Part shown: piece after piece, positions 37,979 to 46,871 of the stretch
How the letters are laid out: each line of letters begins with the position of its first letter
How positions within the stretch are numbered: the first letter of the stretch is position 1
Assembly (NCBI GenBank): GCA_003157485.1
Contig: PMJQ01000042.1
Span: forward strand, 17,610-67,048
Length of the DNA stretch: 49,439 nucleotides
Reading direction: 5' to 3'
DNA from: Ignavibacteriota bacterium
GTDB lineage: Bacteria; Bacteroidota; Ignavibacteria; UBA10030; UBA6906
Translations under genes and position numbers: made by a program
Notes under the pieces: generated by a model
What the model saw: only the letters and a program-made list of their open reading frames with translations
Databases searched by the model: none
Told to the model about the DNA's origin: nothing

Positions 37979-39049
37979 TCATTCCGACGCGGGGCAGCGC
38001 CGGTAATGGACTTCGGAAATGTCCCGGAGACGCGCCGCGGCGGACTCGGCTGTGATATCGCGCTGCGGGTTGGCAAGCATCTCGTACCCCACCATGAATT
38101 TCCTGACTGTCGCCGAACGGAGGAGCGGCGGGAAAAAATGCATGTGGAAATGCGACTCAGGATGTTTTTTCCCGTCCGTCGGGGACTGGTGTATGCCGGA
38201 GGAGTACGGAAACGAGATCCGGAAGAGGTTGTCATACCGGACGGCGATGCGGCGGATGATATCCGCGAACTCATCGCGCTCCTCCTCGCGCATTCCTGTG
38301 AGGCTCCCGTAATGGCGCCGGCTCACAACGATCGTCTCGAAGGGCCAGACCGCCCAGAACGGGACGATCACCGCAAAACCCTCGTTCACGCACACGATCC
38401 TCTCGGCGAGCTTCAGCTCGAGCGAGACGTAATCGCACAGGAGGCAACGGCCCCGGGCGCGGCGGTAGGCGAGCATCCGGCGCGCCTCCTTCGCAGGTTC
38501 GACAGGGACAGTCCGCTCCGCCCAGATCTGGCAGTGAGGATGAGGATTGCTGCACCCCATCATCGCTCCCTTGTTCTCGAATATCTGGACATGCCGTATG
38601 TATGGGAGGCTCCCGAGCGATCGGTATTCCTCGGCGAGCACATCAACAACGTTCCTTGTCTCCTCCCGGTCCATCTCTGCGAGCGTGCGGTCGTGACGGG
38701 GGGAAAAGCATACTACGCGGCTGACGCCGGCCTCCCCTTCGGCGAGGATCAGGCTCCCCCGCGTGTATCTTCCCCGCGGGGTCGACGGGAGGAGCGATCC
38801 GAAATCGTTGTCGAAAACGAACGTCGAGGTGTACGGCGGGTTTCGCGCATCACCCGCGCGCGCATTGCCCGGGCAAAGATAGCAGGCGGGGTCGTACTCC
38901 GGCTTCGTTTCAGCGGGGACGTCCTCCACCTTCCCCTGCCAGGGCCTCTGCGTCCGGTGGGGAGACACGAGGATCCACTCTCCGGTGAGAGGGTTGAACC
39001 GCCTGTGAGGATGGAGTGAAAGATCGAGCTCAGATTTTTTCCGCTGCAT
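37979..39049 (-). CDS. galT: UDP-glucose--hexose-1-phosphate uridylyltransferase
   Basis: [63 protein letters not shown]. Confidence 0.97.
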   Translation of the reverse strand: MQRKKSELDLSLHPHRRFNPLTGEWILVSPHRTQRPWQGKVEDVPAETKPEYDPACYLCPGNARAGDARNPPYTSTFVFDNDFGSLLPSTPRGRYTRGSLILAEGEAGVSRVVCFSPRHDRTLAEMDREETRNVVDVLAEEYRSLGSLPYIRHVQIFENKGAMMGCSNPHPHCQIWAERTVPVEPAKEARRMLAYRRARGRCLLCDYVSLELKLAERIVCVNEGFAVIVPFWAVWPFETIVVSRRHYGSLTGMREEERDEFADIIRRIAVRYDNLFRISFPYSSGIHQSPTDGKKHPESHFHMHFFPPLLRSATVRKFMVGYEMLANPQRDITAESAAARLRDISEVHYRRCPASE

Positions 39050-39050
39050 A

Positions 39051-41012
39051 TTATTCCGGTTTTATCGGGTTGAATTTGAGCGACCGCGCCGGGTCGGGAA
39101 TGCGCGCATAGAAATTGTACCCCCCGAAATTGTTCTCGATCTTGAGAAGGAGCCGGTTCCACCCCTTTACAAGAGGGAGGGGGATGCTCTCCTGGTCAGG
39201 CGAAGAGCCCCGTATCGTGAGGATCCTGTGGATCTCCTTCCCGTTGAGGAACACCTTGTTGCCGTCATCGCTCCCCAGGAGAAGAGGGAGAGTCTGGTTC
39301 AGCGGGGAATAGACAAACGTCAACGCATAGACCACCACAAGCTCGTTCGGTTCGAACGTCAGGAGATCGACGCTCCCGGATCCGGGGGTCGCCTCCACAT
39401 GCCATCGGACCTCCTGCCCTTCCGCACCGGTGTACGTATTTGCCATGCCGGGCTCCCGCTCCGGGGGATAGACGATGTCGAGCCCGAGCCTGTTCATCGC
39501 CGAGTCCCTCGGGTTCGGGAAGGGCCCGATAAGCGACCAGGCCGGGATATACTCCCTCCGGGGGCGCACCGCAAACGCGTCCAGGCCGACTTCATACCCG
39601 GACGAACGGGGATTTTTCCCTGTGATGACGAATTGCAGGGGGATCTCCCCCCCGGCCGCGGCGATGTCCGTCAGAGAGACCTTCCCTCCGGGAACGACAG
39701 ACCTGTCGTAGGCACTGAATGAACAGACCGCGCGCCCCTCGTGGAACACCGCGACGTCCCCATACGCCGGGCCTTTCGTGAAATAGACGTCCACGTCGTA
39801 CCGTTCCCCTCCCGCGGGAACCGCCAGCGTGAAACTCTCCTTCTCCTTCCTCCCGTCAACGCGGAGCTGTTTGAGCCCGCTCCAGTCAGCGCCGAATGCG
39901 GACATGTCTTCGACAGCGAACGGGAGGGCGGTCTCCCGCGGCGCAAGCGACTCGGCTTCGACGGCGCCGCCGGGGACCTGGACACGGAGCGGGATACGGA
40001 GGGGCGCCGGCATCATCTTTTCGAACGGGCGGTGCGGCTCCTTCTGGTACCAGTAGGCGGTTGCGCTGTAGTCTGCGACTTCCGTATTCTGATCTCCGTG
40101 TTCAATCGTTGCGAGTATGGACTTCCTGAACGGAATGGCGTCAAGGATGTGGAAGCGGTACGCCGCGATCCGGCCCAGCGAGTCGTCTTTCAGTATCAGC
40201 CCGTGGTACGGGGCGGCGAACTCCCCCGCATTGAAGTACCAGCCGCTGTTGAAATAGTCCTCCGTTCCGGTCCCCCTGATGGAGGCGGTTTTCTCCCCGT
40301 CCACAAATATCATCTCATCCCCTTCCAGGAACGAGAGGCCGCCGTCGTAACTCTGCATGCTCAGGTTGACGCCGACCAGGTGCCCCTCGCCTTCGGCCGC
40401 CAGTATCGTAAAAGGGCGGCCGCGGACGGTCCGGATCTCGCGGCGCCAGGAGGCGTGGAACTGCGCGACGGTGCTTTCGAGCGGCTCGTTCAGCTTCTGG
40501 TAATCGATGTGATAATAGAACGCGCTGATCTGACGCCCCGTCTCGTTGACGATCTCGATCCGCGCCGTTCGGTTAAACGGCATCGGGAAATAGGAATAAT
40601 ATCCGCCGCTCGACATCCCGACATACGGCGTTGCATAGGGTTTGTACATGAACCCGGTCCCGAAGAAGTCCCCGACGGGGACCTCCACGGACGGCGACTC
40701 CTCTCCGTCCCAGTACATTCGAAGAAGTATGCGCCTGAGGAAATACGGGTCGGAGGAGGCGATCGTCATCCAGATCATCGTGACGACGCCGGGTCCCTGA
40801 AGCTCCGCCAGGCGCGCGGTCGCCCCCGCGCGGACGGAGATGAAATCACTGTTCCCGCCGGTCGTGTCATTGCTCGAGACCTGTATGAGCCGGCTTGTCT
40901 TCAGGTACGGGAGCCGCGAAGGAGAAAGGATGTTGTCGAGCCCTGTCTGCGACCTGAGGACGGAAGCGGAGAGAATCAGAATGAGAAGGGCGCCGTACCG
41001 GAGTGGGGTCAT
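39051..41012 (-). CDS. DUF2961 / GH172 family glycoside hydrolase with C-terminal PA14-like domain, secreted
   Basis: Signal [10 protein letters not shown]; [56 protein letters not shown]; LGSDDG tail. Confidence 0.88.
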   Translation of the reverse strand: MTPLRYGALLILILSASVLRSQTGLDNILSPSRLPYLKTSRLIQVSSNDTTGGNSDFISVRAGATARLAELQGPGVVTMIWMTIASSDPYFLRRILLRMYWDGEESPSVEVPVGDFFGTGFMYKPYATPYVGMSSGGYYSYFPMPFNRTARIEIVNETGRQISAFYYHIDYQKLNEPLESTVAQFHASWRREIRTVRGRPFTILAAEGEGHLVGVNLSMQSYDGGLSFLEGDEMIFVDGEKTASIRGTGTEDYFNSGWYFNAGEFAAPYHGLILKDDSLGRIAAYRFHILDAIPFRKSILATIEHGDQNTEVADYSATAYWYQKEPHRPFEKMMPAPLRIPLRVQVPGGAVEAESLAPRETALPFAVEDMSAFGADWSGLKQLRVDGRKEKESFTLAVPAGGERYDVDVYFTKGPAYGDVAVFHEGRAVCSFSAYDRSVVPGGKVSLTDIAAAGGEIPLQFVITGKNPRSSGYEVGLDAFAVRPRREYIPAWSLIGPFPNPRDSAMNRLGLDIVYPPEREPGMANTYTGAEGQEVRWHVEATPGSGSVDLLTFEPNELVVVYALTFVYSPLNQTLPLLLGSDDGNKVFLNGKEIHRILTIRGSSPDQESIPLPLVKGWNRLLLKIENNFGGYNFYARIPDPARSLKFNPIKPE

Positions 41013-41047
41013 TGTAATCTCGTTTTCGGTTTCGTGTGCATCCCTGA

Positions 41048-41177
41048 CGTACCGGGAGGCGTTCATGAACCTTTTGAATCCGCCGTTCGCGACCGGGTAC
41101 GTATCGATATGGAACCGGTGGATCATCACCTCCCGGGGCTTTGAGAGCTCCGGGTACGGGATGACCGGCATTATCAT
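41048..41177 (-). pseudogene. Fragment of a formylglycine-generating enzyme (FGE/SUMF1) domain gene
   Basis: HRFHIDTYPVANGGFKRFMNASRY resembles F-x-I-D-x-Y-P-V-T-N...F..F..A.GY; in frame upstream of the GH172 signal peptide. Confidence 0.55.
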
Positions 41178-41284
41178 TCCGGAATCGGATGGTGCAACAT
41201 ATTGCGATTTTCTTTCATCTGCAATTTTTCCTCTGAAAAGGTTTTACTATATTCATCTTAAGAGTTTTCCACTCACGAGGCATC

Positions 41285-42442
41285 ATGACGCCGAAACAAC
41301 GATTTGTCACGACACTGACGCGGGAAATCCCCGACAGGCTCCCTGTCACGACGCATCACGTGATGCCCTCGTTTCTCAGAAATTTCATGGGAGGGGCGGG
41401 AAACGACGAGTTCTTCGACCGGTTCGGGCTCGACCCGATCCGCTGGGTCCCTTCATCGAAGGCGGATGAATCCCGCGGCGAGTACTTCGACCCCCTTCAC
41501 GTCCCGGGATATCTGGAACCGCGCCGGGTGGTCTCCGACAGGTGGCGGATACTCTCCGAAACAGTTCCGGGCCAGAAATACGAGACGCTCCGCTACAGGT
41601 TCGTCACGCCGAAGAAGACGCTCACGACAACGCTCCAGAGCAACGAACACACGTCGTGGGTCGTCGAACGCCTCGTGAAGGAAAAAAGCGACATAGACGT
41701 GATTGCCGAATTCATGACGGTCCCCCTTTGCGACGTGGCCGGGGTGAACGCCGTGGCGGAGGCGTACGGAGAGCGGGGAATGATCAGGGGATTCTTTCCG
41801 TCGTTCGAGGTGTACGGCCAGCCGGGGTGCTGGCAGGACGCGTCCGTGCTCTACGGGATCGAGGAGCTGATCATGGCGACATACGACGATCCGGAGTGGG
41901 TCCACGCGTTCCTTGCGATACTCCGGGGGAGGAAGGCGGCGTTCATCAGGTCGATGAAGGGGGCGAATTTCGATATCATCGAGAACGGGGGTGGAGACGC
42001 TTCCTCGACGGTGATTTCACCCAAGATATTTGACGCGTTTGTCGCGCCGTATGACGCCCCTCTTATCGCGCTCGCCCACGATGCGGGGCAGCGCGTTGTC
42101 TATCATACATGCGGCGGCATGATGCCGTTCCTCGAACGTCTCGCGGAAATGAAGCCCGACGCGATGGAGACATTCACCCCGTCCTCAATGGGAGGCGATA
42201 CAAGACTGGCCGAGGCGAAGAAAAGGATCGGCGGGAAAGTGACGATGATCGGAGGGTTCGACCAGTTCCACTTCTTCAGAGGCTGCACGCCGGAAGAAAC
42301 GCGCGGCGCGGTGCGCCGCTGCTTTGAGGAAGCGGGGCGGGACGGCGGGTACATACTTTCCCCTTCGGACCATTTCTTTGAGGCGGATCTGCACCTCCTG
42401 GAGGCGTTTGCGGACGAAGCGCACCGTTGCACATACACGTGA
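41285..42442 (+). CDS. Uroporphyrinogen decarboxylase (URO-D)/MtaA-like family protein
   Basis: MTPKQRF...PDRLPV, ISPKIFDAFVAPY, YHTCGG, IGGFDQ, GGYILSPSD. Confidence 0.88.
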   Translation: MTPKQRFVTTLTREIPDRLPVTTHHVMPSFLRNFMGGAGNDEFFDRFGLDPIRWVPSSKADESRGEYFDPLHVPGYLEPRRVVSDRWRILSETVPGQKYETLRYRFVTPKKTLTTTLQSNEHTSWVVERLVKEKSDIDVIAEFMTVPLCDVAGVNAVAEAYGERGMIRGFFPSFEVYGQPGCWQDASVLYGIEELIMATYDDPEWVHAFLAILRGRKAAFIRSMKGANFDIIENGGGDASSTVISPKIFDAFVAPYDAPLIALAHDAGQRVVYHTCGGMMPFLERLAEMKPDAMETFTPSSMGGDTRLAEAKKRIGGKVTMIGGFDQFHFFRGCTPEETRGAVRRCFEEAGRDGGYILSPSDHFFEADLHLLEAFADEAHRCTYT

Positions 42443-42489
42443 TATTGCCACTGCGGGGGCGGATCCCCGGAACGTGGCCCGGACACCAT

Positions 42490-42897
42490 TCAGGCTGAGA
42501 GCCTCGGGCGGAGCGCGGTCAGAGCGAAGAGCGCAACCGCCGCTGAAACAAGGAGAAACTGCATCGCGGTATCGGAGGGAGAATGAAGGAGCCCGCCGAG
42601 AGACCATGCGATCGCGGGGGGGAACCCGGCCGCAACTCCCCTGCCCACCCGGTTCAGCAATTCCCTTCCGGGTCCGACACACCGCCCCCCCTCACTCAAG
42701 GCCGATGCGAGTACTTCCTCCGGAACCTGAACTTCAGGCAGACTCCGCAGGCCGGCGTCAATCTGAAACATCGCACGCGCATAGGCATTGCACCGGGGGC
42801 AGTCCCGCACATGGAGTTCCGCTTCAGCCGCGAGAGGAGACCTGTTCCTTTCGTCCAGCCGGCGGTTGCATATTCTCCGGTACTCTTCGCATTTCAT
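42490..42897 (-). CDS. Zinc-finger (zf-HC2) anti-sigma factor with two TM helices
   Basis: MKCEE...LHVRDCPRC; ATGA overlap with the sigma gene stop. Confidence 0.85.
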   Translation of the reverse strand: MKCEEYRRICNRRLDERNRSPLAAEAELHVRDCPRCNAYARAMFQIDAGLRSLPEVQVPEEVLASALSEGGRCVGPGRELLNRVGRGVAAGFPPAIAWSLGGLLHSPSDTAMQFLLVSAAVALFALTALRPRLSA

Positions 42898-43439
42898 ATC
42901 TCGCCCCTTTCTCTCGTTCCCGCAAGGAGGACGCGGAGATGCTCCCTCCCCCTGTGCAGAAGGAGTCCCACGCAATCGACCGAAGTCTCGAGAATTGATG
43001 CGATCTCCTTGTATCCGTACCCGTCCATGTAGAAGAGTGTGATCGCAGCCGATTCCCGGGGTGAAAGCTTCGCAATGCACCGGGCAAGCCGTTCGCATTC
43101 AAGCTTCCGGTCGAATGCCTCTTCAAGATCCCCCTCCTCGTCGATGATGTACTGTATGTCGCCCGTCCCGACAAAGGAGATGGAATGGTTATGCCGCCGG
43201 CGCCTGTAACTCGTAATCGTGTTCACGGCAATCCTGTATATCCAGGTTCCCAGAGCACACTCACCGCGGAAATCCGGCAGCGACCGGTGGACACGCACCA
43301 GGGTCTCCTGAACCGCCTCGGCCGCCAAATGGGAGTCACCGAGCGAACGGTAGGCGTGGCGATACAGGCGTGGGGCAAATTCCTTCGCCATTGATCGAAA
43401 ACTCACTTCCGATGGGCGTTCCCCCCGGGCGGGAGTCAT
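42894..43439 (-). CDS. ECF RNA polymerase sigma factor
   Basis: Region 2 AAEAVQETLVRVHRSL...TWIYRIAVN; region 4 LSPRESAAITLFYMDGYGYKEIASIL...LHRGREHL. Confidence 0.93.
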   Translation of the reverse strand: MTPARGERPSEVSFRSMAKEFAPRLYRHAYRSLGDSHLAAEAVQETLVRVHRSLPDFRGECALGTWIYRIAVNTITSYRRRRHNHSISFVGTGDIQYIIDEEGDLEEAFDRKLECERLARCIAKLSPRESAAITLFYMDGYGYKEIASILETSVDCVGLLLHRGREHLRVLLAGTRERGEI

Positions 43440-43462
43440 AGGGAAACCTGGCTTTCACATTG

Positions 43463-43492
43463 TTAGACCGGAAAGAGCGTGAATTTCTTACA
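43463..43492 (-). promoter_or_regulatory. ECF autoregulatory promoter TGTAAGAAA-N15-GTCTAA for the sigma/anti-sigma operon
   Basis: Directly upstream of the sigma ATG; identical motif at 43496 and 25147. Confidence 0.8.
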
Positions 43493-43495
43493 TGA

Positions 43496-43525
43496 TGTAA
43501 GAAACCGGGCCCGTGACGAGTCTAA
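43496..43525 (+). promoter_or_regulatory. Divergent ECF promoter TGTAAGAAA-N15-GTCTAA
   Basis: Mirror copy 3 nt from the first; upstream of ATG 43550. Confidence 0.8.
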
Positions 43526-43549
43526 CAGTGCAGAGGGGGGAAACTGCCA

Positions 43550-43666
43550 ATGGACTACAGCTCAATCGCCATCAGCCTGCTCATCGTTTCATACGGCATC
43601 ATTGAATACAGGCGACGCGAGGCGTCACACAAAGCGGCGATGAAACACATTGCCAGCGGGGAATGA
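43550..43666 (+). CDS. Small single-TM protein (38 aa), missed by the ORF track
   Basis: GAGGGGGG RBS; MDYSSIAISLLIVSYGIIEYRRREASHKAAMKHIASGE*; first ORF after the ECF promoter. Confidence 0.6.
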   Translation: MDYSSIAISLLIVSYGIIEYRRREASHKAAMKHIASGE

Positions 43667-43684
43667 CAGAGAAAGGAGAGGACG

Positions 43685-44146
43685 ATGACATCCCTGGTGT
43701 TCCTGATATACTTCTCGTCGGTGGGAGTTTCGATCGCACTCGGGAGGCAGTCCAGGAGGCACAGGTCAGAGATGGCGCTGGAATGCGCCATACGGGGCAT
43801 CGTGCTCCCCCGGTCAAAGCCGAAGATTCAGAGATTCGGAGCGTTTGTATGCATTTCAACGGGGGCTGTAACCGCGGCTTCCGCTGCCCAGGCATTCGTC
43901 GTGATTCTCCGGGATGCGCACTTCAGGGAGATCATGGCGCCGGAGACAGTAGATTTCTACAGTTTTCTTCTCGCCGCAGGTCTTACGCTGGTCTCAGCCG
44001 GTGTCGTGGCGCTCCGGGCGAACAGAGCCTGGTGTGGCGTCGCTGCGAAGCATTGGCGGGGAAAGGCATATATCAGTAGTTCAAATCCCTGCTCTGGAGA
44101 ATCAACTTCTGAATGTCGTCCTCATTCGTCCCCGCCAGCCGGTTGA
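43685..44146 (+). CDS. Hypothetical membrane protein (3 TM, DUF6249-like layout)
   Basis: AAGGAG RBS; TM + RRHRSEMALE + two TMs; the 3' end overlaps the convergent gene by 74 nt. Confidence 0.6.
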   Translation: MTSLVFLIYFSSVGVSIALGRQSRRHRSEMALECAIRGIVLPRSKPKIQRFGAFVCISTGAVTAASAAQAFVVILRDAHFREIMAPETVDFYSFLLAAGLTLVSAGVVALRANRAWCGVAAKHWRGKAYISSSNPCSGESTSECRPHSSPPAG

Positions 44147-44498
44147 CGGCAATCCATACCGCCCTGCCGATGATTATCGTACCGTTCTCGCTGTCGGTGT
44201 AGATGTCATCGAGGGCGGCAACGATGTCACCGGCCCCCACATTCCGAAAATACATGATCCGCACGGAGCTGTATGACTGCGCGATCGTCGTACGGCATCC
44301 CGGGTCGGTGCTGCTGCCCGCACCCATGAGGGAGAGATTATGACCGAGGGCCATCCCGTCGAGGAAACCGGTGATCACACCCAGCTTCGAGCCGTGGGAC
44401 AATCCCGTCCACCAGTTGCCGTCGTGAGATCCCTGTGCGAGTACGCCGGGAGACGAGAGCGCCATGAGCGCCAGAGAGAGGAAGAACCTGAGTTTCAT
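44073..44498 (-). CDS. Hypothetical secreted helical protein
   Basis: Signal peptide; GNWWTGLS...KLGVITGFLDG...LDDIY; loose resemblance to Rap1a-like proteins. Confidence 0.72.
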   Translation of the reverse strand: MKLRFFLSLALMALSSPGVLAQGSHDGNWWTGLSHGSKLGVITGFLDGMALGHNLSLMGAGSSTDPGCRTTIAQSYSSVRIMYFRNVGAGDIVAALDDIYTDSENGTIIIGRAVWIAVNRLAGTNEDDIQKLILQSRDLNY

Positions 44499-44548
44499 GC
44501 CGGGTATCCAGAGTTGACCATAAGACGCGTGTGTGCATCCGCCGACGG

Positions 44549-46666
44549 CTAACGGAGAACCATCAGTTTTTTCGTCTGCATCAGACTCCCCGCCTTCAGC
44601 CTGTAGAAGTAGACGCCGCTGGCAAGACCCGTCCCATCGAAGCGAATGCTGTGCGGACCGAACCCCTGCTCACCGCTTACAAGCGTGCGCACGGACCGCC
44701 CCAGGAGATCGAACACCTCGAGCGTCACGTACGCACTCTGAGGAATCACATATTGAATGACGGTCGACGGGTTGAAAGGGTTCGGATAGTTCTGATCGAG
44801 CTCAAATGCAAGGGGGACGCCGGGCCTGAGATCGACGCCGCTCGATATGGAAATCGCTGCGTAGACATTGAGTTTCCCGGCTCCCCATGTCGTGTTCGGC
44901 ACTCCTCCTGTGAAGCCGTCGGTGATGGCGCCCGCACTCATTGCGCTGTAGACCTGTTGCGGGGTGAGCGACGGGGTTCTGCCCAGGATTAATGCCGCCG
45001 CCCCCGCACCCACGGGAGTTGCCATGCTTGTCCCCTGCATCAGGTAGTACGCGCTGTCGGGAGAAGCACCGATGCTGGATACCCAGAGGTTACCGGGGAT
45101 CGTGTAAATATGGCGGTCGCGGATGGAAATCAGTATGCTTCCGGGCGCGGCAATGTCCGGTTTCAAGTGCCCGTCGACGCGTGGTCCCCTGCTCGAGAAT
45201 GTCGTGATCGCGCCGGGCTGACCCTCATAGGAATCATATGTCACCCCGTCGTAGGCTGTCCAGAGATTCCTGGATATATAGGCGCCCATGGCGAATGCAT
45301 GATCGGCGCTCGCAGGCTGGGTTATTGTATAATTGGGATCCCCGGCGTTGAATGTAACCGTCCCGTCACCCCAATCTTCGTATATATGAAAAAAAAGAGG
45401 GCGCGCGGATTTGTTCACGACCCTGAGGTAATAGCTGCTGCTCCCGGAGGGGACATAGTCCACGGACTCGGAATACTCTGAATTCGTGCCGCGGGAGCTC
45501 GATGTCTGCTGGAATATCGTGACTGGAACGATCTGCAGCGAATTCGTGAGGTAGTGCAGATCCATCGCCGTGGCGGGGCTGTCGGCGGTGGAACGCCAGA
45601 CAAGGTTGAACCTGAGTTTCGTGCTGTTCGCCGACGCGCTGGAGACAGAGATTGCGATCGGCGCGGTGGAGTCGTGCGCTCCGACTGTCCCCGAAAAATG
45701 GTCGTTCCCGTCGGCGTCATTCCCGGCCGCAATAAAGAACGGGACGCCCCTGCTGTAGACCCAGTCCACCACCTGGTCTTCCCCGTCGGACCCGTCATGG
45801 TAGACGTCCCATCCGCCGTAGCTCATGGAAAGGACGTTCGCCTGGAACGTATCAACGGCGGCATGCATGGCCGCGACATCGGCGGCATGACTGCTGCTTG
45901 CATCCGTATCGTTGCCGATTTTGAGGAACACGAGGCTTGCCGAGGGGGCCATTCCTTTGAATGATCCCCCGCCGTTCAATGAATTGGCCGATGAAAGTGC
46001 TCCCCTTCCCAGCGCAATCCCCGTGACATGCGTGCCGTGCCCCGTGACCTTATTGAGAACTGTATTCCCGATTGAGTTAGGGAAGTTGGAGTAATCCCTG
46101 ACCTGAATCGACGCCGGGAGGTCAGGGTTCGCGGGGTCCGTGTCAAGACCGGAATCGAGTATTGCCACCTTGACTCCCGACCCGGTCCATCCTTTCAACC
46201 ATGCCGAGTCAGCTCGTATGCTTTTTGCGGCCGCATTGTTGCGGGGGAGATGACGCATCTCCGCCGTTCCCATTCTTACGACAAAATCGAGACCGAGTGC
46301 GCTAAGAAAGTTGCCGGCGGGCATCGTCGCCACAACAAAACCGAGGGGATGCCCCTCGAGCGGCGGCGTCCATGTCTCCCAGTAACAACGGACTCCGAGG
46401 CCCTCGAGAGCGGCAAGCTTATCACCCGAAGGGCGCTCACTGAAGTAGAGAAGGACCGACGTCCCGGCGTCTGCGGCCTTCATAAGCCCGCTCCTCACGC
46501 CGGCCATTTTCCGGCTCACGACTTCAATGAGCCGGCCGCTCTCGATCTTCCCCGAAAGCTCAGGCGGAACAGCAACAAGCTCAGATGACGCAGGTGCCGC
46601 TCCGCTCTGAGCAAAGAGGGAGACGGCAGCAAGAGCGAACGCACCCAGCAGGAAGACAGCCTTCAT
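44549..46666 (-). CDS. S8 subtilisin-like serine protease with T9SS type A C-terminal domain
   Basis: Triad ILDSG / GHGTHV / GTSMATP, AAGND, FSSRGP...KPDI; LDQNYPNPFNPST CTD. Confidence 0.93.
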   Translation of the reverse strand: MKAVFLLGAFALAAVSLFAQSGAAPASSELVAVPPELSGKIESGRLIEVVSRKMAGVRSGLMKAADAGTSVLLYFSERPSGDKLAALEGLGVRCYWETWTPPLEGHPLGFVVATMPAGNFLSALGLDFVVRMGTAEMRHLPRNNAAAKSIRADSAWLKGWTGSGVKVAILDSGLDTDPANPDLPASIQVRDYSNFPNSIGNTVLNKVTGHGTHVTGIALGRGALSSANSLNGGGSFKGMAPSASLVFLKIGNDTDASSSHAADVAAMHAAVDTFQANVLSMSYGGWDVYHDGSDGEDQVVDWVYSRGVPFFIAAGNDADGNDHFSGTVGAHDSTAPIAISVSSASANSTKLRFNLVWRSTADSPATAMDLHYLTNSLQIVPVTIFQQTSSSRGTNSEYSESVDYVPSGSSSYYLRVVNKSARPLFFHIYEDWGDGTVTFNAGDPNYTITQPASADHAFAMGAYISRNLWTAYDGVTYDSYEGQPGAITTFSSRGPRVDGHLKPDIAAPGSILISIRDRHIYTIPGNLWVSSIGASPDSAYYLMQGTSMATPVGAGAAALILGRTPSLTPQQVYSAMSAGAITDGFTGGVPNTTWGAGKLNVYAAISISSGVDLRPGVPLAFELDQNYPNPFNPSTVIQYVIPQSAYVTLEVFDLLGRSVRTLVSGEQGFGPHSIRFDGTGLASGVYFYRLKAGSLMQTKKLMVLR

Positions 46667-46712
46667 GTTCCCCCTCAGAGTTTTGGCTACGTCATGAACG
46701 CCGGACACCACA

Positions 46713-46741
46713 ACCTTACCGAATTAAACACATTCAGTCAA
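46713..46741 (-). promoter_or_regulatory. Putative sigma70 promoter for the S8 protease
   Basis: Minus strand TTGACT-N17-TAAGGT. Confidence 0.5.
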
Positions 46742-46871
46742 GAAATCGCTCCATGTGACAACCCCCCTGAACGTGTGAAGGAATTGTAAATTCTCTCCAG
46801 ACGCGGGAAAAGCATTGAATCTGAGCAGACTCCATCCCATATTCAGTATCCTTCAATTAAACAGGTAACGC

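Noticed and set aside
37948-38274. N-terminal extensions in the ORF track (GH127 to 38274; also 4579, 24815, 34191, 43098, 48217)
   Set aside because: They overlap neighbouring genes or lack an RBS. Internal ATGs with an RBS, signal peptide or family N-terminus fit better.
43664-43666. Selenocysteine or read-through at the in-frame TGA
   Set aside because: No SECIS-like hairpin or Cys-type context, and the downstream ORF has its own strong RBS.
46815-46860. CTGAGCAG upstream of the porin as a NiCo or other metal riboswitch
   Set aside because: No four-way-junction pairing is visible. The stretch is better explained as the spacer of a TTGAAT-N17-CATATT promoter.
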